Source: Armatimonadota bacterium
Lineage (GTDB): Bacteria; Sysuimicrobiota; Sysuimicrobiia; Sysuimicrobiales; Kaftiobacteriaceae
NCBI GenBank assembly: GCA_037440005.1
Contig: JBBIUY010000049.1
Coordinates: forward strand, 1-14,301
Length of the DNA: 14,301 nt
Direction of reading: 5' to 3'
Shown: positions 7,414-14,301 of the stretch, one piece after another
How the letters are laid out: each line of letters opens with the position of its first letter
Position numbering within the stretch: position 1 is the stretch's first letter
Position numbers and translations under genes: made by a program
Notes under the pieces: generated by a model
Database searches by the model: none
The model's input: the letters and a program-made list of their open reading frames with translations, nothing else
What the model was told of the DNA's origin: nothing

Positions 7414-9135
7414 TCAGGCCGGAGGCGTCTGCCTGACCAGCTCGCGGACCGCCTCCGCCGAGTCCATCTGCAGGGCTTTGTGTGCCAGCTCCCGGGCCGC
7501 CGCCAGCGACCACCGGGCGATGACGGCTTTCGCGGCAGGAATGGCCCGGGGCGTCATGCTCAATTCGTCCAGCCCCAGCCCCAGCAGGATCGGGACGGCC
7601 TCGGGGTCGCCGGCCAGCTCGCCGCACACCCCCACCCACCGGCCGGCGGCGTGGCCCGCCTCGACCACCCGCTGGATCTGGCGGAGGATCGCCGGGTGGA
7701 TGGCGTCGCTGAGGGCGGCGACCCTCTCGTTGCCCCGGTCGGCGGCCAGAGTGTACTGGGTCAGGTCGTTGGTCCCGATGGAGAAGAAGTCCACCTCGGC
7801 GGCGAAGATGTCCGCCAGGACCACCGCCGACGGGACCTCCACCATCATCCCCACCTGCACCCGTTCCGCTATCGGGTGGCCGGCGGCGCGGACCTCGTCG
7901 GCGGCCTGCGCGAGAGCGGCCTTGGCCCGCCGCAGTTCCGCAGGGGTGGCGATTAAGGGGAACATGATCCGCAGGTCGTGGCCCGGGCTGGCCCGCAGCA
8001 GCGCCCGCAGCTGGGGGACGAACAGCTCCGGCCGCTGCAGGCTGATCCGGATGGCCCGCCAGCCCAAAAACGGGTTGGCCTCGGCGGGCATCGGCAGGTA
8101 GGGCAGGGGCTTGTCTCCGCCGATGTCCAGGGTGCGGATCACCACCGGCCGGGTGCCCATCGTCTCCAGGATCGCCCGGTAGGCGGCCAGCTGCTCGTCC
8201 TCGGACGGAGGGGTCTGGCGGTTCAGGTACAAAAACTCGGTGCGCACCAGGCCGATGCCTTCCGCTCCCTGGCGCAGCGCCTCGGCCGCCTCCTCGACGG
8301 CGCCCACGTTGGCCGCCACCTCCACCCGGTGGCCGTCGCGGGTGCGGGCGGGCTGGGCGGCCGCCCGGAGCTCCTCGCGCCGGCGGCGGTCGGCGGCGGC
8401 CGCGCGCGCGGAGAACTCCTCCACGGTGGCCGGATCCGGGTCCACCACCACTTCCCCCCGGGCTCCGTCCACCAGCAGCAGCGCGCCGGCGGCCACCTGC
8501 AGGATCGCCGGCCCCAGGGCGACCACCGCCGGTTTCCCCCAGGCGCGGGCGAGGATGGCCGTGTGGGAGGTGGGGCCCCCTTCGGCGGTGCAGAAGGCCC
8601 GGACCCGCTCCACGTCCAGGGCAGCCAGCTGGGAAGGGGCCAGGTCCCTGGCCACGACCACCGCCGGATGCGCGAGCGGCGGGCCGGACTGGCGGCGGCC
8701 CAGCAGGTGGTCCAGGACGCGCCGGCCCACGTCGCGCACGTCGGCCGCCCGGGCCCGCAGGGTCTTGTCGGGCAACCGCTCCAGCTGACCGGCGAAGTGC
8801 TCCACCGCGTCCAGCCAGGCGGCCTCAGCGTTGACCCCGCGCTCCAGCGCGGTCTGGACCAGGCCCAGCAGGGCGCCGTCGTCTAAGAACAACAGGTGGG
8901 CGTCGAAGATCGCCGCTTCCGCCGGCCCGGTCTCCGACGCCACCTTGTCCCGCAGCCTCTGGATCTCGACTTGCGCCGCCTCCCGGGCGGCGTCCAGGCG
9001 CCTGCGCTCGTCGTCCGGCCGGCAGCCGCCGCGGCGGGGGACCTCGACGGCGGCTTCCTCCCACAGGACGGCCGGACCCGACGCCAGCCCCGGAGCGGCG
9101 GCGATGCCGATGAGGATGCGGGGAGAAGACGGCAC
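7414..9135 (-). CDS. ptsI: Phosphoenolpyruvate-protein phosphotransferase (PTS Enzyme I), ~573 aa
   Basis: GGPTSHTAILAR (phospho-His), GIGLVRTEFLY, RTLDIGGDK, EANPFLGWRAIR, DFFSIGTNDLTQY and GVCGELAG. The GTG start is somewhat uncertain. Confidence 0.96.
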   Translation of the reverse strand: MPSSPRILIGIAAAPGLASGPAVLWEEAAVEVPRRGGCRPDDERRRLDAAREAAQVEIQRLRDKVASETGPAEAAIFDAHLLFLDDGALLGLVQTALERGVNAEAAWLDAVEHFAGQLERLPDKTLRARAADVRDVGRRVLDHLLGRRQSGPPLAHPAVVVARDLAPSQLAALDVERVRAFCTAEGGPTSHTAILARAWGKPAVVALGPAILQVAAGALLLVDGARGEVVVDPDPATVEEFSARAAAADRRRREELRAAAQPARTRDGHRVEVAANVGAVEEAAEALRQGAEGIGLVRTEFLYLNRQTPPSEDEQLAAYRAILETMGTRPVVIRTLDIGGDKPLPYLPMPAEANPFLGWRAIRISLQRPELFVPQLRALLRASPGHDLRIMFPLIATPAELRRAKAALAQAADEVRAAGHPIAERVQVGMMVEVPSAVVLADIFAAEVDFFSIGTNDLTQYTLAADRGNERVAALSDAIHPAILRQIQRVVEAGHAAGRWVGVCGELAGDPEAVPILLGLGLDELSMTPRAIPAAKAVIARWSLAAARELAHKALQMDSAEAVRELVRQTPPA

Positions 9136-9211
9136 GGACGTCAGCGGCAGGCGCGCGGCACAGCGGCGCCGGCGGCCGGACCCGCCGCCGGCGCAGCCTC
9201 CTTCGGACGGT

Positions 9212-10663
9212 TCACTTCGACCGGGTGCCGGCGGGTGCTTTCACCGGCGACCAGCCCTTCTCCACGTAGGCCCGCTGGAACCAGCTGGCCAGGGCGATGA
9301 GGACCAGGGCCGCCACCACCACGCCCACGATCCCCGTGGCCCGGGAGAGGTTGCCCACCACGATGCCGTACCAGGCGAAGTCGGTGTCGCCGAAAGTGGT
9401 GTTGGCAAACCCCAGCGCCCCCAGCACCTTCAGCAGGAATGCCGGCAGGAACGTGATCAGCACGCCGTTGGCGAACCCGCCCCACGCGGCCCCCCACCGG
9501 CCGCCGGTGGCGTTACCGAAGACCCCCGCGGTGCCGCCGGTGAAGAAGTGGGGTACCATGCCGGGCAGGATGAGCGCCAGCGCCCAGGCGCTGCCCAGCC
9601 AGACGGCGATCAGCCCCAGGCTCACCAGGCCGCCCAGCACGCTGGTCAGAAAGCCGATCAGGACCGCGTTGGGCGCGTAGGGGAACGCCACCGGGCAGTC
9701 CAGCGCCGGCAGGGCGCCGGGCACCACCCGTTCGGCGATGCCCGCAAACGCCGGGACGATCTCGCCGATGATGGTGCGCACGCCCAGCAGAATGACCGCC
9801 ACGCCCACGCCGAAGTTTAGGGCGTTGAGGACCTGGGCCATCAGGTAGGCGGCCACGGTGGTGCCGGCGGCCAGCCCCACGCCCCGCACCGCCTCGGCGG
9901 CCCCCACCCGCGCCAGGTACCACAGGGCGAACACCAGGTAGATGATGAACATGGCCACCGCGGTCCCCACCATGGGTTCCCGCAGGAAGCGCAGGCTGGC
10001 CGGGAACTCGATCTCCTCGGTGCTGCGCCCTTTGCGGCCGGTGACCCGGGTGACCAGCTGTCCCATCAGGCCGCCGGCGATGTAGCCCAGGGAGCCGAAG
10101 TGGCCCATGGCGATCTTCTCGCCGCCGGTGACGGCCTTCATCCACGGGTGGGCGAAGGCCGGCATGATGACCATGATGGTGCCCAGCAGGAACGCCCCGA
10201 CGATGACCGCCAGGGTCCCGCCGATGCCCACCGTCACCAGGATCACGGCCAGCATGGTAGCCATGTAGAAGATGTGGTGGCCGGTGAGGAAGACGTAGCG
10301 GAGGTTGGTGACGCGGGCGATCAGCAGGCTGGCGAAGAAGCCGACGAACATCAGCCAGGCCGTCAGCGCGCCGTACTCCCGCTGGGCGAGGGCCACGATG
10401 GCCTCGTTGGTGGGGACCACTCCGCGGGCGCCGGTGGCGCCCAGGATGAGCTTGCCCAGGGGATCCAGGGCGTTGATGACGGTCACGGCGCCCACCACCA
10501 GGATCAGGAACCCCATGGTGGCCTTGACGGTGCCGCCGATCACCTGGCTCCAGGGCCGCCGCAGGGCGATCAAACCCACGGCGGTCATCAGGCCCACCAG
10601 GTAGTAGGGCTTGCTGAAGATCTCGTCCACGAAGAACTTGATGATGGCGACGATGACCTGCAT
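9212..10663 (-). CDS. ulaA: PTS EIIC permease, ascorbate (UlaA/SgaT) family, 483 aa
   Basis: Polytopic membrane protein with UlaA-family motifs VFLTGHH, MGHFG, EIVPAFAGIAERVVPGALPALDCP, YAPNAVLIGF, PHFFTGG and FGDTDF. SD GGGAGGGGG. The substrate is not established. Confidence 0.93.
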   Translation of the reverse strand: MQVIVAIIKFFVDEIFSKPYYLVGLMTAVGLIALRRPWSQVIGGTVKATMGFLILVVGAVTVINALDPLGKLILGATGARGVVPTNEAIVALAQREYGALTAWLMFVGFFASLLIARVTNLRYVFLTGHHIFYMATMLAVILVTVGIGGTLAVIVGAFLLGTIMVIMPAFAHPWMKAVTGGEKIAMGHFGSLGYIAGGLMGQLVTRVTGRKGRSTEEIEFPASLRFLREPMVGTAVAMFIIYLVFALWYLARVGAAEAVRGVGLAAGTTVAAYLMAQVLNALNFGVGVAVILLGVRTIIGEIVPAFAGIAERVVPGALPALDCPVAFPYAPNAVLIGFLTSVLGGLVSLGLIAVWLGSAWALALILPGMVPHFFTGGTAGVFGNATGGRWGAAWGGFANGVLITFLPAFLLKVLGALGFANTTFGDTDFAWYGIVVGNLSRATGIVGVVVAALVLIALASWFQRAYVEKGWSPVKAPAGTRSK

Positions 10664-10749
10664 CGGTCCCCCCTCCCGACTGGCCCGTCCGGTCGCTCTC
10701 GGGCGCCCGGGGGCTGTTCACCGTCTTCTGCCCGCAGGTCCGGCCTGTC

Positions 10750-11052
10750 TCACCTCCCTTCGGCGTCGCCGGCCGAGGAGGCCGCCAGCGCCGCCCGCAG
10801 TTTGTCCACCATCTCGGCCAGGTCCACGAAGTTGGTGATGGTCACCACCTTGGCCCGGAGCGGGCCCAGCTGCTCGGCCAGCTCCCGGGAGGTGATGATC
10901 AGATCGGCGCCCTGGGCCATCCCCCGGGCCACGTTGATGTCGGCCACCTCCAGGTCGGCCTCCACGCCCAGCTGGCGCAGCGCCTTTTCCGCCTGCATCC
11001 GCAGCAGCAGGCCGCTGCCCAGTCCCATGCCGCACACCGCCAGGATGCGCAT
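10750..11052 (-). CDS. PTS EIIB component (UlaB/lactose-cellobiose-like IIB fold), 100 aa
   Basis: N-terminal ILAVCGMGLGSG phospho-Cys P-loop and ADLIITS. It lies between the IIA and IIC genes. Confidence 0.93.
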   Translation of the reverse strand: MRILAVCGMGLGSGLLLRMQAEKALRQLGVEADLEVADINVARGMAQGADLIITSRELAEQLGPLRAKVVTITNFVDLAEMVDKLRAALAASSAGDAEGR

Positions 11053-11062
11053 CGAGGATTCC

Positions 11063-11566
11063 TTACCCGTCCGCGGACCGGGGTCCTGCCGGTCCGGCCA
11101 GGGAGCGTTCGTAGGCGTCGATGATCTCCTTCACCGCCGCCGGCGACGGCGCCGCCAGCAGCGCCTGCCGCCGCTGTTCGTCCTCCAGCAGCGCGGCCAG
11201 GGTGGCCAGCGCCCGGACGTGGGAGGAGCTGTCCGGCGCCGCCAGCCCCACCACCAGGACCACGGGGTCGTTGTCCCGGTGCCCGAAGGGGACCGGCTCC
11301 GCCAGGGTGACCCACGCCAGCCCCGGGCGGAGGACCGCCGCCGACGGACGGGCGTGGGCCAGGGCGATGCCCGGAGCGATGACGATGTACGGACCCAGCT
11401 GCTCCACGGTGGCGATCATCTCCGCCGTATAGGCCGGGGTGGCGATGCCTGCCGCCGCCAGGGCCTCCCCGCAGGCGGTCACCGCCTCCCGCCAGTCTCG
11501 GGCGCGCACGCCCAGCCGGATGGCTTCGGGGGGCAGCAGGTCGGACAAAGACGGAACAGAGTCCAC
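11063..11566 (-). CDS. PTS EIIA component (fructose/mannitol/UlaC type), 167 aa
   Basis: DWREAV, GPYIVIAPGIALAHARP (phospho-His), PVPFGHRDNDPV and SHVRAL. GTG start. Confidence 0.93.
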   Translation of the reverse strand: MDSVPSLSDLLPPEAIRLGVRARDWREAVTACGEALAAAGIATPAYTAEMIATVEQLGPYIVIAPGIALAHARPSAAVLRPGLAWVTLAEPVPFGHRDNDPVVLVVGLAAPDSSSHVRALATLAALLEDEQRRQALLAAPSPAAVKEIIDAYERSLAGPAGPRSADG

Positions 11567-11635
11567 AAGAGGCTCCGCCTGGTGTCTGGTTCGGGGCCCG
11601 GGCGGTCCTCCCTGCCCGGCGCGGCCCGTGGCGTC

Positions 11636-11914
11636 CTACAGGGCGCCGGCGAAGTCGGAGACGATCAGCCGCTCCAGATGCGCCGCCGCCTGGTCCTCAT
11701 CGGGCCCCTCGACGGTGAGTTCGATGTCGTGGTTGCGCTCCACCCCCAGGGTGAGGACGCTGAGGATGCTCTTGGCGTCCACCCACCCGCTGTCGGTGGT
11801 GGCGTTGCGCACCCGGATCCGGGACGCGAACCGGTTGGCCTCGGCCACGAACACCGCCGCAGGCCGGGCGTGCAGCCCGACCTCGTTCACCACCGTCAGT
11901 CGCAGATGTCTCAC
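11636..11914 (-). CDS. ptsH: Phosphocarrier protein HPr, 92 aa
   Basis: GLHARPAA (His15), DAKSILSVLTLG (Ser46 region) and EGPDE. GTG start. Confidence 0.95.
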   Translation of the reverse strand: MRHLRLTVVNEVGLHARPAAVFVAEANRFASRIRVRNATTDSGWVDAKSILSVLTLGVERNHDIELTVEGPDEDQAAAHLERLIVSDFAGAL

Positions 11915-11936
11915 CGCCTGCGCAGCCCCGCCCGCG

Positions 11937-12872
11937 CTACCGCAGCGTCTGGAACAGGGTCTCCTTCCACCGCCGGACGTCGATGGCCCAGCACACCTCC
12001 AGGTTGGGCTCCCGGTTGAGGACGCCGTGGCGGTCCACCACCGTCATCCCCCGGGTGAGGTCGCTGGCGGTCTCCACGTCCACGAAGTGGCGGCCGCGGA
12101 CAGTACACACCGCCGGGTCCAGGGCGATGCTCATGGTCACCGGGTCCGGCAGGGTGAGCCCCGGGTCGCCCAGCCACTGGCGGGCCACCTGGATGGCCGT
12201 CCGGTTGCAGTCCAGGACGAAGCGGGCGTAGGGGGTGCCCAGGCGGCGGATCTCCTCCATCCCGGCGTCGTCGAACGCCGCCGCGCCCCGGCAGTGCTCC
12301 CACCCCACCATGAGGATGGGCATGCCCGAGTGGAACACGATGCGGGCGGCTTCGGGGTCCACCCAGATGTTGTACTCGGCCGCCGGGGTGATGTTGCCGA
12401 CGGTACACGCCGCCCCGCCCATGACGTAGCACTGGCGGACCAGCCGCGCGATCTCCGGCGCCCGGCGCAGCGCCAGGGCGATGTTGGTCAGCGGCCCCAG
12501 GGTCACCAGGGTGTACTCGCCCGGCCGCGCCCGGATCAGCCGGACCAGGGCGTCCACGGCGTGCTCGGGCTGCGGCGGGCGGGAGGGCGCCGGGTAGTTC
12601 ATCCCGCCCATGCCGTCGGGCCCGTGGAAGAAGAACGCCCAGCGGGGCTCCCGCAGCAGGGGCCGCTCGCAGCCCACGTACACCGGCGTGTCCTTCCCGC
12701 ACAGCTCGATGGTGTACCCGGCGTTGCGGGCGCCCATCTCCACCGGGACGTTGCCGGCCACGACGGTGACCGCGTCCACCTGCACGTCCGGCCACCGGTG
12801 GGCCATCAGGATGGCCACCGCGTCGTCGCTGGCCGTGTCGGTGTCGATGAGAAATCGGCGGATCGCCGCCAT
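11937..12872 (-). CDS. Nucleoside hydrolase (IU-NH/Rih family), 311 aa
   Basis: ATG 12872 with [18 protein letters not shown] (DxDxxxDD Ca-binding), [36 protein letters not shown] and TRGMTVVD. Confidence 0.95.
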   Translation of the reverse strand: MAAIRRFLIDTDTASDDAVAILMAHRWPDVQVDAVTVVAGNVPVEMGARNAGYTIELCGKDTPVYVGCERPLLREPRWAFFFHGPDGMGGMNYPAPSRPPQPEHAVDALVRLIRARPGEYTLVTLGPLTNIALALRRAPEIARLVRQCYVMGGAACTVGNITPAAEYNIWVDPEAARIVFHSGMPILMVGWEHCRGAAAFDDAGMEEIRRLGTPYARFVLDCNRTAIQVARQWLGDPGLTLPDPVTMSIALDPAVCTVRGRHFVDVETASDLTRGMTVVDRHGVLNREPNLEVCWAIDVRRWKETLFQTLR

Positions 12873-12961
12873 CGCTCCTCCTCCCGATGCCCTCCGATAA
12901 AGAGCGCGCGGGTATGCTCCCGGGCCCCGCGTCCGCAGCGAGGCGGGCGGACCGGCGCGCT

Positions 12962-14301
12962 CTACACCCGGTAGGTCTGCACCCGCCGTCCGTGTCCCCG
13001 CTCGGCCAGCCGGGCCGCCCGGGCCAGAACTTCCCGCCGCGCCTGCTCTCGGTCGACCGTCTGCAGCCGCCGCCCGCGCATCAGCACCCGTCCGTCCACC
13101 ACCACCGTGTCCACGTCGGCGGCCCGCACCGAGTACACCAGCGCCGCCCGCAGGTCGTGGGAGGGCTGCACGTGGGCCCCGTCCACCCGCACCAGGATCA
13201 GGTCGGCCAGGTAGCCGGGCGCCAGCCGTCCCAGCGCGTCGCCCTGCCGCAGGGCCCGCGCGCCTTCCCCGGTGGCCAGGGCCAGCGCCTCGTCCACCGT
13301 CAGGACCCGGGGGTCGCCCTGGGCGTGCTTTTGCAGCAGCGCCGCCAGCCGCATCTGCTCGAGAATATCCAGGGTGTTGTTGCTGGCGGCGCCGTCGGTC
13401 CCCAGCCCCACCGGGATGCCGTGGCGGCGCATCGCCACCACCGGAGCGATCCCGGCGGCCAGCTTGAGGAAGGTCTTGGGGCAGTGGGCCACGCCCGCCC
13501 CGGCGGAGGCCAGCAGGGCGACGTCCTCGGGGGTGGCGTGGGCGGCGTGGGCGCACAGCAGCGGGACGTCCAGCAACCCAGCTTCCTCCAGCACGCCCAC
13601 CGGAGTCTTGCCGTGCTGCTGCAGGCTGCTGAGGACCTGCTGGACGGTCTCGGAGACGTGGATGTGGACTCCCAGGCCCAGCCGGCGGGCCTCGGCGGCC
13701 ACCTCCCGCAGGAAGGGGTGGGGGCAGGTGTAGGGCGCGTGGGGTCCCAGCCACGGGGTGATGCGCCCGCCCCCGGCCCCGCCCCAGGCGGCGGCGAAGC
13801 CGGCGGCGGCGTCCAGCTCCTGGCGGGGGTTCTGGCCGAACATGGTGGGCGCCAGGTGCGCCCGCAGCCCGGCGTCCTGCAGGGCCCGGGCCACCTGGTC
13901 CATGTGGAAGTAGTGGTCGGCCACGGTGGTGACCCCGCTCTCGATCATCTCGGCGGCCGCCAGCAGTGCCCCCCAGTACACGTCCTCGGGGGTGAGGTTG
14001 CTCTCCATGGGCCAGATGAAGTCGTTGAACCACGCCTCGACGGTGACGTCCTCGGCGGCGCCCCGGAACAGCACCATGGCCGCGTGGGCGTGGCAGTTCA
14101 CCAGGCCCGGCAGGGCCACCAGCCCCGTCCCGTCGATGACCTCCGCCTGACCCTCCGCCCCCGCGGGTCCCGGAGAGACGTCGGGTCCCGGGTGGTCGGG
14201 CGTCGGGCGGATGGCGGCGATGCGGTTCCCGGCGATGACGATGTCGTGGGCGGGCAGGATGGCGGTGCGGGCACCCTGGGGGTCTACGACGGTGACGTTG
14301 C
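12962..14301 (-). CDS. mtaD: Amidohydrolase, MTA/SAH (5'-deoxyadenosine) deaminase-like; the 5' end lies beyond the window
   Basis: The frame is open from the window edge (NVTVVDPQ...[12 protein letters not shown]...[13 protein letters not shown]). Motifs NCHAH (HxH), [28 protein letters not shown] (HxxE), CAH and GTDGAASNN. The exact substrate is inferred. Confidence 0.88.
   Translation of the reverse strand, partial: NVTVVDPQGARTAILPAHDIVIAGNRIAAIRPTPDHPGPDVSPGPAGAEGQAEVIDGTGLVALPGLVNCHAHAAMVLFRGAAEDVTVEAWFNDFIWPMESNLTPEDVYWGALLAAAEMIESGVTTVADHYFHMDQVARALQDAGLRAHLAPTMFGQNPRQELDAAAGFAAAWGGAGGGRITPWLGPHAPYTCPHPFLREVAAEARRLGLGVHIHVSETVQQVLSSLQQHGKTPVGVLEEAGLLDVPLLCAHAAHATPEDVALLASAGAGVAHCPKTFLKLAAGIAPVVAMRRHGIPVGLGTDGAASNNTLDILEQMRLAALLQKHAQGDPRVLTVDEALALATGEGARALRQGDALGRLAPGYLADLILVRVDGAHVQPSHDLRAALVYSVRAADVDTVVVDGRVLMRGRRLQTVDREQARREVLARAARLAERGHGRRVQTYRV

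Noticed and set aside
9212..11566. Calling the locus a standard L-ascorbate utilisation (ula) operon
   Set aside because: The transporter family matches, but no ulaG, ulaD, ulaE, ulaF or ulaR is present in the window, so the substrate cannot be assigned.
10100..12974. Long plus-strand ORFs (639 aa, 511 aa) and similar overlapping ORFs elsewhere (e.g. 1444-3450, 903-1946, 6998-8101)
   Set aside because: These are shadow ORFs expected in high-GC DNA. They overlap well-supported genes and have no recognisable motifs.
11937..14033. 698-aa ORF suggesting a deaminase-hydrolase fusion
   Set aside because: The upstream part is an alternative frame of the amidohydrolase gene with low-complexity Arg/Gly/Pro content. 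The hydrolase has its own SD and ATG at 12872.
14150..14205. Pro/Gly-rich insertion with a repeated CCGGGACCC (minus strand) in the amidohydrolase N-terminal region
   Set aside because: It is in-frame, short and in a typically variable loop before 'EVIDG'. Nothing suggests an intein or functional element.

Overview
This is a very GC-rich bacterial window (roughly 70-75% GC by eye). It holds 12 complete protein-coding genes, one gene cut by the right window edge and one frameshifted pseudogene. The left part has a multi-TM membrane protein with a hairpin-rich leader, a class A PBP (PBP1A-type) with a C-terminal Ig-like extension divergent from a LysM-M23 endopeptidase, a disrupted EamA/DMT transporter, an AT-richer repeat-containing spacer, an AhpD/CMD-like protein and a divergent HtrA-type protease. 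The right part is a minus-strand run of seven genes: MtaD-like nucleoside deaminase (5'-truncated), nucleoside hydrolase, HPr, EIIA, EIIB, EIIC (UlaA/SgaT ascorbate family) and Enzyme I. This is a complete PTS joined to nucleoside-catabolic enzymes, with none of the usual ascorbate catabolic genes in view, and it is the most notable item. Most other ORFs in the track are GC-rich shadow ORFs. No rRNA, tRNA, CRISPR array or transposase is seen.
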